Origin: a virus
Lineage: Duplodnaviria > Caudoviricetes
Length of the DNA: 64,000 nucleotides
Virus record (IMG/VR): IMGVR_UViG_3300034061_004620
Reading direction: 5' to 3' (one strand)
Numbering within the stretch: position 1 is the first letter of the stretch; the number at the start of each line of letters is the position of its first letter. The translations under genes were made by a program, and so were the position numbers. Shown one piece after another: positions 8,678-17,771 of this stretch. Below the pieces are notes generated by a model, which made no database searches, had not been told where the DNA came from, and was given only the letters and a program-made list of their open reading frames with translations.

Positions 8678-9715
8678 ATGAGTTTTGTACGAATCAAATC
8701 TGGTGCGTATCGCACTACCGATGTATCCAACCGTGTGTTCCAACTTGTAGAACAGTACAAGGCAGGTGCTAAAGGCGGTTATGTTACAGTCAAGAACGGT
8801 GGCCAATTCCCTGGCTTTCCGGAAGATATCCGTGTTAAAGTAAATGCCATGAGTGATTACGAATTTGTAGGCGCCGACGAGTTTGATGGCGAAGTTGCAG
8901 CCGTTGATGCAGATGTGCAGGCAGCGGTTAACGACACCAAATCGGACGAAGAACGCATGGCCGAGATTGCCGAGCGTTTTGAAATCCTTACAGAAATGAC
9001 CAAGGCTGCTACAGCCGGCGACATTCGTGCCATGATTGTGTCGGGTCCTCCGGGCGTGGGCAAGAGCTTTGGTGTTGAGCTTGAAATTGAAAAGGCCACC
9101 CTGATGGATCAGATTGCAGGACGCCGACTACGTGCTGAAGTAGTTAAAGGTTCTGCTACTGCAATTGGCTTGTATCAAGCCTTGTACAAGTATTCGGATC
9201 CCAACTGCGTGATTGTGTTTGACGACTGCGACAGTATCCTGTTGGACGATGTGTGTCTTAACTTGCTGAAGGGTGCTTTGGATTCGGGTAAGAAGCGTAA
9301 GATTTCGTGGTTGAGTGATAGTCGTATCCTACGCTCAGAAGGTATTCCAGACAGCTTCGAGTTCAAGGGTAGTGTAATCTTTATTACCAACTTGAAATTC
9401 GACAAAATGAAGAGCCAAAAGTTGCGTGATCACTTGGATGCTCTGCAGAGTCGCTGCCACTACTTGGACCTTACACTTGACACCATGCGTGACAAGGTGT
9501 TGCGTATCAAGCAGATTGCTCGTAGCGGTGAACTGTTTGCGGATCTTGAGCTCAGTGAGATTGCACAGGATGAGATCATTGGCTTTATGGATGCCAACAA
9601 GAATCGTTTGCGTGAAATGAGTCTGCGTATGGCAATCAAGATTGGTCAGCTGTACAAGAGCTTCCCTACCAAGTGGGCGGCACTGGCACAGTCGACTTGT
9701 ATGAAATCTGCGTAA
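8678..9715 (+). CDS. AAA+ family ATPase
   Basis: Walker A GPPGVGKS, Walker B VIVFDDCD and ALQSR arginine finger. Start set at the ATG after AAGGAG. Confidence 0.85.
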   Translation: MSFVRIKSGAYRTTDVSNRVFQLVEQYKAGAKGGYVTVKNGGQFPGFPEDIRVKVNAMSDYEFVGADEFDGEVAAVDADVQAAVNDTKSDEERMAEIAERFEILTEMTKAATAGDIRAMIVSGPPGVGKSFGVELEIEKATLMDQIAGRRLRAEVVKGSATAIGLYQALYKYSDPNCVIVFDDCDSILLDDVCLNLLKGALDSGKKRKISWLSDSRILRSEGIPDSFEFKGSVIFITNLKFDKMKSQKLRDHLDALQSRCHYLDLTLDTMRDKVLRIKQIARSGELFADLELSEIAQDEIIGFMDANKNRLREMSLRMAIKIGQLYKSFPTKWAALAQSTCMKSA

Positions 9716-9762
9716 GCAGAACATCCGGGGTTTTTGTTAGCTCCTTTTACTTCCGGAATTTG

Positions 9763-9788
9763 GCCCTACTTAGGTAGGGCTTTTTTTT
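9763..9788 (+). terminator. Intrinsic terminator
   Basis: GCCCTAC-TTAG-GTAGGGC followed by T8. Confidence 0.9.
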
Positions 9789-9815
9789 GACTTTTCTGTT
9801 ACTAAGTAATATACT
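9787..9815 (+). promoter_or_regulatory. sigma70-type promoter overlapping the terminator T-tract
   Basis: TTGACT-N17-TATACT; ATG 6 nt downstream. Confidence 0.75.
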
Positions 9816-9821
9816 TACGCT

Positions 9822-10973
9822 ATGAGAAAATTTTCGTCGGTTGAAGACTACATCGAAGTAATTAACGGTGATCGGGATGCTACCACTGGTCGACTCTACG
9901 GTTTATTTGACAGCAGGCCGCCTATAATAAATCTTGCCAGATACGATGTTCAGATTTTAGATAGCATGAGCCAAGCTACACAAAGTGGAAGGTCCTTGAC
10001 TGATAAACAAGCAGACTTGGCTGTCAAGATAGTACTCAAATATCGTAAACAATTAGAACGACAAGATATTGATGTAAGTCCGGTGGAGACTCCTAATTTT
10101 AGATTGGGTATAAGACAGATCGATAGACGTCGGCTTTTATATATTGAAAACGATTCTATTATTCTAAAGTTTCCATACGATACTATCCTAATAAATGATC
10201 TAAGAGACTTGGCAAAGATGAGTCAAGGTCGTTGGAGATTTGATAGCGATAATCGAAGTTGGGCATTGGCCTTGACTGAAATGAATGTAGTAGCAGCCAA
10301 CGGCTTTGCACAGAATCACAAATTTGAAATAGCACCTGAGTTTGAACGATACATAGAAGCAGTAGAAGCTTGTGAACAACAGCCTTATGAGATCAAGTTG
10401 TTTCGACACAACGACGGTCAATTTGCGATTACTAATGCAGCCCGGTCTTTAATTGAAGCTATAGATGACTGGACCAATTTGGATCAATTGGTGGATAGAT
10501 CCGCTGTATATGGTTATACTGTGGATGAATTATTGAGTTTAGATATAGCCACCAAGTACGGACCGCGTGTAGCTAACTTGATGACTGCACAAGAGAGCAA
10601 GTTTGCACCGACCAGTGATGAGACTGTATTTCATGATGTAATTAAGTATGCAGATATCACTGGAAGATATCCTATCTATGTATATGAACCAGACATGAGC
10701 GAAAGGTTACACAAGCATTTTGTTACACAATGTTTTAACTCAGAGGACGTATACCAAACACAAACATTGAAACCAAAAGAACTTGCCACAGATAAGAAGA
10801 TAATTTATTTTAACAAATTTAATGCACAATGGGACAAACCTATACCGTTGCTAATCAGCGGCCAAGGTATGATGCACGGAGGCGATAAAACTATTTTGTT
10901 GCAGAAAGCAGAAAAAGTTGTATACTTTGCTACAGAAGTGTATAATGTTAATACTATGAAGCGTAAAAACTAA
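9822..10973 (+). CDS. Hypothetical protein with a HARP-like segment
   Basis: LKFPYD..LINDLR.....RWRFD..NRSW pattern; coupled to the helicase through a TAATG overlap. Confidence 0.6.
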   Translation: MRKFSSVEDYIEVINGDRDATTGRLYGLFDSRPPIINLARYDVQILDSMSQATQSGRSLTDKQADLAVKIVLKYRKQLERQDIDVSPVETPNFRLGIRQIDRRRLLYIENDSIILKFPYDTILINDLRDLAKMSQGRWRFDSDNRSWALALTEMNVVAANGFAQNHKFEIAPEFERYIEAVEACEQQPYEIKLFRHNDGQFAITNAARSLIEAIDDWTNLDQLVDRSAVYGYTVDELLSLDIATKYGPRVANLMTAQESKFAPTSDETVFHDVIKYADITGRYPIYVYEPDMSERLHKHFVTQCFNSEDVYQTQTLKPKELATDKKIIYFNKFNAQWDKPIPLLISGQGMMHGGDKTILLQKAEKVVYFATEVYNVNTMKRKN

Positions 10974-12427
10974 TGCAGGCCAAATTATTAATTAAAGACG
11001 AAGTCAATGTAAAAATTGAAGGCCTTGAACTTAATACAAGAACAGCCTTGGTAAAAAAATACAAGTATGAAATACCTGGCGCTCGTTATCAACCAAGTGT
11101 TAGACTTGGACGTTGGGACGGCAAAGTGCCCTTCTTTAATCTTGGCGGTACTACTTACATCAATCTACTGCCCGAAATCTTGCCTTATTTAGATGAACAA
11201 GGTTACGACGTCAAAGTAGAAGATGCCAGAAACTATCGTACCACATTTGAGTTTGCTATTGTGGATGAAAACACATATCAACACAAGACCTGGCCGAAAA
11301 ATCATCCTCGAGCCGGCCAACCCATAGTGCTTAGAGACTATCAACCTGAAATTATCAATAGGTTCTTGACCAACCCACAGTGCGTACAAGAAGTAGCAAC
11401 AGGCGCTGGTAAAACTATTATTACAGCAGCTCTGGCCGATGCTGTCAGCCAGTACGGTCGTACCATTATTATTGTGCCTAACAAAAGCCTTGTGACACAG
11501 ACCGAGGATGACTTTGTGAATCTTGATCTTGATGCAGGTGTATATTTTGGCGACAGAAAAGAATATAATAGAACACACACTATTTGCACTTGGCAGAGTC
11601 TAAACAACTTGTTAAAGACAACCAAGAATGCCGAAGCCGAAATCACTATAGGCGAGTTTTTAGAAGGTGTGGTAGCAGTTATAGTGGACGAAGTGCATCA
11701 GGCCAAGGCCGACGCATTAAAGACCTTACTAAGCGGTCCATTCGCACAAGTGCCTATACGGTGGGGACTTACAGGTACAATACCCAAAGAAGATTATGCA
11801 AGACAGAGCATTAATTGTATGCTGGGACCAGTAGTAGGACAACTAAGTGCCAGCGAGCTACAACAAGCCGGACACCTGGCCCAATGCCATGTTAACGTGG
11901 TACAGTTAGTGGATCATAAAGAGTACACAAACTATCAAAGTGAATTAAAATATCTAATAGAAACTGAAGAAAGACTCGACTACATTAGTCGTTTGATAAG
12001 TACTATTGTTGATTCAGGAAACACACTTATATTGGTAGATCGAATAAGTGCCGGACGAGCATTAGCAGAAAGATTACCCGGCAGCGTGTTTGTATCAGGA
12101 GCAACCAAAGCCGGGGAGCGCAAAGAACACTATGACGAAGTGGCAGAGGCGACAAATAAAATTATCATCGCCACTTACGGCGTTGCTGCTGTTGGTATCA
12201 ATATTCCCCGCATTTTTAATCTTGTTCTACTTGAGCCTGGCAAATCTTTTGTGCGTGTTATACAAAGTATTGGGCGTGGAATACGCCGTGCAGAGGATAA
12301 AGACTTTGTGCAAATATGGGATATAACAAGTACCTGTAAGTTCGCAAAACGACACCTAACAAAAAGAAAAGCTTTTTATAAAGAAGCTAACTATCCTTTT
12401 ACTGTAGAAAAGGCTGAGTGGGAATGA
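10973..12427 (+). CDS. uvsW: SF2 DNA helicase, UvsW-like
   Basis: LRDYQ, ATGAGKT, DEVH, GLTGT and QSIGRGIR motifs. Confidence 0.9.
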   Translation: MQAKLLIKDEVNVKIEGLELNTRTALVKKYKYEIPGARYQPSVRLGRWDGKVPFFNLGGTTYINLLPEILPYLDEQGYDVKVEDARNYRTTFEFAIVDENTYQHKTWPKNHPRAGQPIVLRDYQPEIINRFLTNPQCVQEVATGAGKTIITAALADAVSQYGRTIIIVPNKSLVTQTEDDFVNLDLDAGVYFGDRKEYNRTHTICTWQSLNNLLKTTKNAEAEITIGEFLEGVVAVIVDEVHQAKADALKTLLSGPFAQVPIRWGLTGTIPKEDYARQSINCMLGPVVGQLSASELQQAGHLAQCHVNVVQLVDHKEYTNYQSELKYLIETEERLDYISRLISTIVDSGNTLILVDRISAGRALAERLPGSVFVSGATKAGERKEHYDEVAEATNKIIIATYGVAAVGINIPRIFNLVLLEPGKSFVRVIQSIGRGIRRAEDKDFVQIWDITSTCKFAKRHLTKRKAFYKEANYPFTVEKAEWE

Positions 12428-12621
12428 GTTTTCAAATTGAAGATCGAGGTAATGGAACAAAATGGGTGGAAATTGATAATCATCGATTGCACATGCATGA
12501 AATCGCACATTGGTGTAAATTACACCAATGCGGTAAACAAGTTAACATACGAGCAATTAGTTTTAAAAATGATGAAGAACTAACAATGTTTCTTCTTAGA
12601 TGGCAAAGTCAATTACAATGA
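12424..12621 (+). CDS. Small hypothetical protein (ends FKNDEELTMFLLRW)
   Basis: Overlap-coupled ORF. Confidence 0.6.
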   Translation: MSFQIEDRGNGTKWVEIDNHRLHMHEIAHWCKLHQCGKQVNIRAISFKNDEELTMFLLRWQSQLQ

Positions 12622-13421
12622 GAAAAAAACTAATGATTACCGGGTGTAGTTTTTCTGCACCCAGTACCAAGCCAGAGTATAAAGGAACAAGTTGGGGTGA
12701 GAAACTGGCCACCAAGCTTGATTGGGACTTGGTGAACTTGGCCAGACAAGGGATGAGTAACGGTGGCATTCGTGTTATGATAGACGAAATTATAAGGCAA
12801 CGACCAGACTTTGCTATTGTGGCACCAACATTTCATGATAGAATGGAAATCCCTGCTATCGGTGCACCTTACAATTGGGCAACTAATACTACATCATGGA
12901 ATACTCCTCTACAGCAACATTTACAAAACATCGATATCAAGAATGGATACAACCCAGATTTAGGAATTCAAAATATTAATTTTGCCAACGGTCCCTATAC
13001 AATGATATCCGAGACAATTTTTAGTTTGGCAGAAAATTATGATCACTTTTATAGATCTGCAAAATTAAACAAAGAAACTCAATTGGCGCTTAAACAATAT
13101 ATCAATCATTTGTATGACAGCAACTGGAAGTTACAGCAAGACCGTTGGCTTATTAGCGACGGAATTTTTAGATTACATGCTGCTGGTATTCCTTTTCTTG
13201 TTGTGGCGTGTAATATTTGGACCAGTGATACTATAAGAGATGCATTTCCTGACAGCATTTCTGATATACATTTTACATTAAATTATGAAGACACACCTGC
13301 GTATTCTACAAACGCTTATCCTTTTGAAGGGGAAGATCCGGGTTATCACGGCAACGAACTGAGTCAAGAATATCTTGCTAATAGATACTATTTACATATA
13401 AGGAACAATATAAATGACTGA
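12618..13421 (+). CDS. SGNH/GDSL-like hydrolase or acyltransferase
   Basis: ITGCSF (block I Ser), NLARQGMSNG and C-terminal D-x-x-x-H (DPGYH). Confidence 0.55.
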   Translation: MRKKLMITGCSFSAPSTKPEYKGTSWGEKLATKLDWDLVNLARQGMSNGGIRVMIDEIIRQRPDFAIVAPTFHDRMEIPAIGAPYNWATNTTSWNTPLQQHLQNIDIKNGYNPDLGIQNINFANGPYTMISETIFSLAENYDHFYRSAKLNKETQLALKQYINHLYDSNWKLQQDRWLISDGIFRLHAAGIPFLVVACNIWTSDTIRDAFPDSISDIHFTLNYEDTPAYSTNAYPFEGEDPGYHGNELSQEYLANRYYLHIRNNIND

Positions 13422-14355
13422 CAACACAATTACACATTCAGAATCTGATTTTGATTGGTTTAAACACAACGGCATCTACATGCCAATGATTAATGATACA
13501 GGTAGAAATGTTTATTATAAAAAAGCAATAGAAGCTGCTGTGCCCGGTAAAGTAGTTTGCGACATCGGCACAGGAACAGGACTATTAAGCATATTGGCTG
13601 CAAAAGCTGGTGCCAAAAAAGTTTACAGTGTTGAAATGGACCCCGGACGAGCAGATTTTGCAAAAAAAATAATTGACAAAATAGGTTTGTCTGAAACCAT
13701 TGAGGTAATTAATCAAAATTTTTTCGAAACCAACATAGACGCAGAAATTTTTATATCCGAAACATTAGGGACACCAATTTTCAACGAAGATATAATTGCT
13801 ATTAGTCAACATGCAGTAAGAAAAGGTGGAACTTTTCTTCCAGGCAGTTTAGATTTGCACATAGAATTATATGATGATCATCCTATTTTTCCTTTGGTTA
13901 TGACGGAGTCTGCTGCATTTGAATTTCAGCCAGACATTGATATAGATCCAACATTTGAGAGTATAATTAATAATACGTTTCAAGCACAACATCCGTTGAG
14001 TGATACAGTATATAGAGCAGGCAAAATACATAATCTTTTTACGTTACTACCAAGGTTCACGGATCTTAAACTTAAAAAATTTTACGAAACAGAACCACTG
14101 CGAATTGATTTAAACACTAAGGTAGATATTAACAATATCAAAATTACTATTCCTGCAGACAAACTAAAGACAGGAAACACATTTGTTGCAGTTTTATTCT
14201 GGACAGCTAACATGTACCAGGACATAAGAATGAATGTTAAAGAAACTTGGTGGGGAAATCCTGCCAAAGTTATTTTACCACATGTAAGAAAGCGCGGCTC
14301 TGATCTTACAATGTGGTATGATCCTGAAATCCAGGATTGGAGATTACAATATTAA
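13414..14355 (+). CDS. SAM-dependent methyltransferase, protein-arginine methyltransferase-like
   Basis: MINDTGRN..Y..AI, VCDIGTGTGLLS..AAKAGAKKVYSVE and ISETLG....NE motifs. Confidence 0.8.
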   Translation: MTDNTITHSESDFDWFKHNGIYMPMINDTGRNVYYKKAIEAAVPGKVVCDIGTGTGLLSILAAKAGAKKVYSVEMDPGRADFAKKIIDKIGLSETIEVINQNFFETNIDAEIFISETLGTPIFNEDIIAISQHAVRKGGTFLPGSLDLHIELYDDHPIFPLVMTESAAFEFQPDIDIDPTFESIINNTFQAQHPLSDTVYRAGKIHNLFTLLPRFTDLKLKKFYETEPLRIDLNTKVDINNIKITIPADKLKTGNTFVAVLFWTANMYQDIRMNVKETWWGNPAKVILPHVRKRGSDLTMWYDPEIQDWRLQY

Positions 14356-14356
14356 G

Positions 14357-14860
14357 ATGAGAATACTTACTTTAGATAACATAGCGTACGAGCTTAACGA
14401 AATTCCAGATGAAGTGGAAGACATGAGGTTTGCTGTATTAGACAACAGCGATCCTCGTACACCTGATTATTTTTACATACCTTTAATCTTTTTAGAAAGT
14501 TTCAATAGTCCAGCACTTGTACTAAAAATAGGAGATAATGTTATTAAAATGCCGGTTGACTGGCACGTATTAATAGGCGAACCAGATCTTGGTGATTTAG
14601 AAGTAGTGCCTTTGACAAGTATCAATGATCGAGGATTCAGTGTTTTCTGCTTCAATCCACTCACAAGTTTTAAACCTGAATTTGCTCAAATTGAAATAGT
14701 GGATATATATCAAGACGTCAAATGGTATTTTCCAAAACTCAAGCCCGGGCAACTGTTAGCTATTCCTTTAGAAACCGGAAAGTCAAAACCGTTATGTGCC
14801 TATTTTATTAAGGAAATAAGTAGACAAAGCGAGGTGGTTGATTATGCAAAATGTTGGTAA
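14357..14860 (+). CDS. Conserved hypothetical protein, possibly a degenerate Hint-like fold
   Basis: All-beta pattern with Hint block B- and F-like spacing; no catalytic Cys, His or Asn. Confidence 0.6.
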   Translation: MRILTLDNIAYELNEIPDEVEDMRFAVLDNSDPRTPDYFYIPLIFLESFNSPALVLKIGDNVIKMPVDWHVLIGEPDLGDLEVVPLTSINDRGFSVFCFNPLTSFKPEFAQIEIVDIYQDVKWYFPKLKPGQLLAIPLETGKSKPLCAYFIKEISRQSEVVDYAKCW

Positions 14861-15389
14861 GGCAGTAGTTGTTGTAGCACATCCTGATGACTGTATAATT
14901 TTTGCACTACCTTTTATTAAAAACCATCCTCATTTTAAGTGGCATATTATATATCTGACCTATAATGAAAGAGATCCTCGAGCGCAAGAAGTAACAAAAT
15001 TTTGGAACAAACAAAATGTTTCAACTGAATTCTTGGGATTTGTTGATAATTACCAGGATCAAGAAACACAAACTCTCAACTTTTGGACACAGAATGACGC
15101 AGAAATTGCAATTACTAATTCAATTTCTCAGCATGGTCCCGATATCGTGGTCACACACAACCACGACGGTGATTATGGACACATACATCACAAAATAGTA
15201 CACTATGCAGTTGACACATTAGATATTCCGCAAGTGTATTTTGCAAGTACATTTAATCTAACTGATACATTTAAAGCCGACGATTATGATTTGAAACAAT
15301 TGCCATTACATCAAGAAGTAATACAGGGATTCCAAGATCGTTTGATTGGTAGATACATAATAACTGACCAAGCAAGGCAGTTGATATGA
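14844..15389 (+). CDS. PIG-L/LmbE family deacetylase
   Basis: AHPDD and THN.DGDYGHIHH motifs. Confidence 0.88.
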   Translation: MQNVGKAVVVVAHPDDCIIFALPFIKNHPHFKWHIIYLTYNERDPRAQEVTKFWNKQNVSTEFLGFVDNYQDQETQTLNFWTQNDAEIAITNSISQHGPDIVVTHNHDGDYGHIHHKIVHYAVDTLDIPQVYFASTFNLTDTFKADDYDLKQLPLHQEVIQGFQDRLIGRYIITDQARQLI

Positions 15390-15655
15390 GTCAGTTGACA
15401 CCAGGTGCCACTTATGTTTATGAAAGAGTTGGCGGTCGAGTATATGCTCGCAAGTTTGGTAGTACAGAGAGAATTTTGATTGGCGAAGAGTACGAGTTAG
15501 ACACAAATCAGCGCAGCATGAAAATAGCAGCAGATTGGGTGCCTATTGTAGAAGCAGCTGAACATAATCCTGCTTTACAGGATGCACTGGATCGTGCTAA
15601 ACTAATCTATATACTAAGTCAAGAACAAGATCCACTATTTCATCATCCGGTATGA
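15386..15655 (+). CDS. Hypothetical protein
   Basis: ATGA-coupled ORF, 89 aa. Confidence 0.65.
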   Translation: MSQLTPGATYVYERVGGRVYARKFGSTERILIGEEYELDTNQRSMKIAADWVPIVEAAEHNPALQDALDRAKLIYILSQEQDPLFHHPV

Positions 15656-16116
15656 CAGATAAACTAAACATTGCCAACGAAATGCGAGCCTTTGATAGCA
15701 AGGATCGAATGTTTTATCGCGAATTAACCGAAGAAGAACGTCGAAAGTTTAGCACATATCTTATGATTCGGTGGGGTAGTTCAGTACAAGGTAGTACCGA
15801 ATTACAACAGTATTACCTTTTAAGTTGTAATGAAAATTTCAATAAACATTTTTTTGATTTGGCCAAGTATCCAGAATTGCAGTGGTTAAGTGCAACTACA
15901 GTAAGCCCGGGCATGGGCACGTTCAGGCACGACTGGATAAAACAAAAGAAACGTGAAAGTAGTAACAATAAAGCAGTAAAGTTTTTGAGACAGATATACC
16001 CAGATTACAAAGAGGACGAATTAGAATTATTAGCACAAATAAACACAATCAATGATTTGAAACAATTGGCTCGTGAGCATGGATGGGATGACAGAAGAAT
16101 CAAGTCCGAACTTTAA
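15652..16116 (+). CDS. Putative clamp-loader small subunit (T4 gp62-like)
   Basis: Size, helical pattern (YLMIRW...WIKQKK...LRQIYP) and replication context; recalled resemblance only. Confidence 0.45.
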   Translation: MTDKLNIANEMRAFDSKDRMFYRELTEEERRKFSTYLMIRWGSSVQGSTELQQYYLLSCNENFNKHFFDLAKYPELQWLSATTVSPGMGTFRHDWIKQKKRESSNNKAVKFLRQIYPDYKEDELELLAQINTINDLKQLAREHGWDDRRIKSEL

Positions 16117-16786
16117 GTGTAAATACTGTGAGCGACTGTTTAGGCGAGAAAGCACACTCACAGCTCATTTATGCGAGCCAAAACGCCGATGGCAACAAGA
16201 AACAGAAACAGGAGTTCAATTTGGGCTTAGAGCGTATCTGCAATTTTATGAAACTACACAAGGTAGCGCACAACTTAAAAGCTACACTGACTTCGTTGCA
16301 AGTCCGTATTACAATGCTTTTGTTAGGTTCGGTAGATACTTGGTTGCTATTCGCTGTATTAACAGCAACAGCTTTATCAGTTGGTTATTGAAGAACAATA
16401 AAAAATTAGATCATTGGTGCAAGGACAAGTTCTACGAAGAATGGCTTTATGAGTATATTAAAAAGGAAGCAGTCCAGGATGCGCTGGAACGCAGCCTCCG
16501 AACCATGGAGGAGTATGCCATTGGAGATAGTGGGATTACTACTTTCAGCCATTATTTTAAGTACGGTAATCATAATAGGATTTGTCATCATATTACCACT
16601 GCTCGCGTTAGTCCTTGGGTTGTTTACAACTGCAATAGTGGTATTGAGTTTCTTGAGCAACTTCATGAGGAGCATTTGGCCATTGTTCTTCCTTATCTTG
16701 ATCCTGATTATTGGAATCGTAAGTTCCGGGATTACGTGGCCGATGTAGAATGGTGCAAACACATCTTAAAAGCAGCAGGCTTATGA
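16088..16786 (+). CDS. C2H2 zinc-finger-containing protein
   Basis: FKCKYCERLFRRESTLTAHLC motif. Confidence 0.7.
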   Translation: MTEESSPNFKCKYCERLFRRESTLTAHLCEPKRRWQQETETGVQFGLRAYLQFYETTQGSAQLKSYTDFVASPYYNAFVRFGRYLVAIRCINSNSFISWLLKNNKKLDHWCKDKFYEEWLYEYIKKEAVQDALERSLRTMEEYAIGDSGITTFSHYFKYGNHNRICHHITTARVSPWVVYNCNSGIEFLEQLHEEHLAIVLPYLDPDYWNRKFRDYVADVEWCKHILKAAGL

Positions 16787-17376
16787 AATTTACCAGTGAT
16801 ATTGATATTGATGTGGCCAACAGAGATCAAGCACTTGCATTGATTAAACATGTAGATGCAAGTATTATACGCGATGGCAAAATAGCTAAACATAATACAG
16901 GTGCATACTTTACAGAAATTCCCGTTGATCCTTTTACTGGACGAGCAAGTTTAGATTATGAAGAAGCAGAAAAGCGTGGGTATATCAAGCTTGATATTCT
17001 TAATGTAGGGTTATATCAACAGGTACGATCTGAAACGCATTTGCAAGAATTAATGAGTCAAGAGCCATTATGGGACTTGTTACGTGCGCCTGATTTTTGC
17101 AGTCAGTTGATACACATAGGTTCGCATCACGACACACTAATGCGAATGCCCGAGCCTGTTGATAGTATTCCAAGACTGGCCATGTTCCTTGCTATAATAC
17201 GCCCAGCAAAGCGTCATTTAATTGGAAAATCATGGGCAGAAGTTGCAGAAACTGTTTGGGAGCGACCTGCTGGAGACGAATACTATTTTAAAAAAGCACA
17301 TGCTGTAGGTTATGCACACTTGGTAGCAGTCAACATGAACTTGATTTGTGAACAAGTCAGCTACGGATACAGCTAA
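16783..17376 (+). CDS. Miniature DNA polymerase III alpha (DnaE) core-like protein
   Basis: SDIDID, HNTG, GYIKLDIL, IIRP and YYFKKAHAVGYA match DnaE palm and fingers motifs in order. Confidence 0.8.
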   Translation: MKFTSDIDIDVANRDQALALIKHVDASIIRDGKIAKHNTGAYFTEIPVDPFTGRASLDYEEAEKRGYIKLDILNVGLYQQVRSETHLQELMSQEPLWDLLRAPDFCSQLIHIGSHHDTLMRMPEPVDSIPRLAMFLAIIRPAKRHLIGKSWAEVAETVWERPAGDEYYFKKAHAVGYAHLVAVNMNLICEQVSYGYS

Positions 17377-17750
17377 CCAACCTTACGTACCAAAGTAATT
17401 GATCTACGTTTGCTGCGCTTGGCAGCAATTTCTTTAAGGCTCACCTGCGGGCCAAACTTGATTTCCACATCTTTTGAGTTCATGGTTTTGACCACTGTCC
17501 TGAACGGTTGCCACTCGGCTTTTAGAAACACATTGATAGGTATCAATCTATTACTTTCCCACCACCACATTTCTGCAAGTTCTAAAAACTGCTGTTTTTG
17601 TTCAAGCGTTCGTAGAGCACCGTAATCGTAGATTGTGGTAATAACTTCATCCAAGTTCTGTATTACGCCTATGTATTCATTGCCGCCGTATACGAGGTAA
17701 GTCAAGAATGGGTATTTTTTTAGTAATTCTGTGTAATCAGGTTCTACCAT
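17373..17750 (-). CDS. Hypothetical protein (the only convincing minus-strand gene)
   Basis: Fills the gap between two + genes; protein-like composition; convergent stop overlap. Confidence 0.75.
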   Translation of the reverse strand: MVEPDYTELLKKYPFLTYLVYGGNEYIGVIQNLDEVITTIYDYGALRTLEQKQQFLELAEMWWWESNRLIPINVFLKAEWQPFRTVVKTMNSKDVEIKFGPQVSLKEIAAKRSKRRSITLVRKVG

Positions 17751-17771
17751 TTTTTCAATAAATACAAGATA

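Noticed and set aside
9335-9724. Antisense ORF with an upstream AAGGAG on the minus strand
   Set aside because: SD-to-ATG spacing is about 16 nt, the ORF lies wholly antisense to the ATPase, and there is no minus-strand promoter; the motif is treated as an anti-SD instead.
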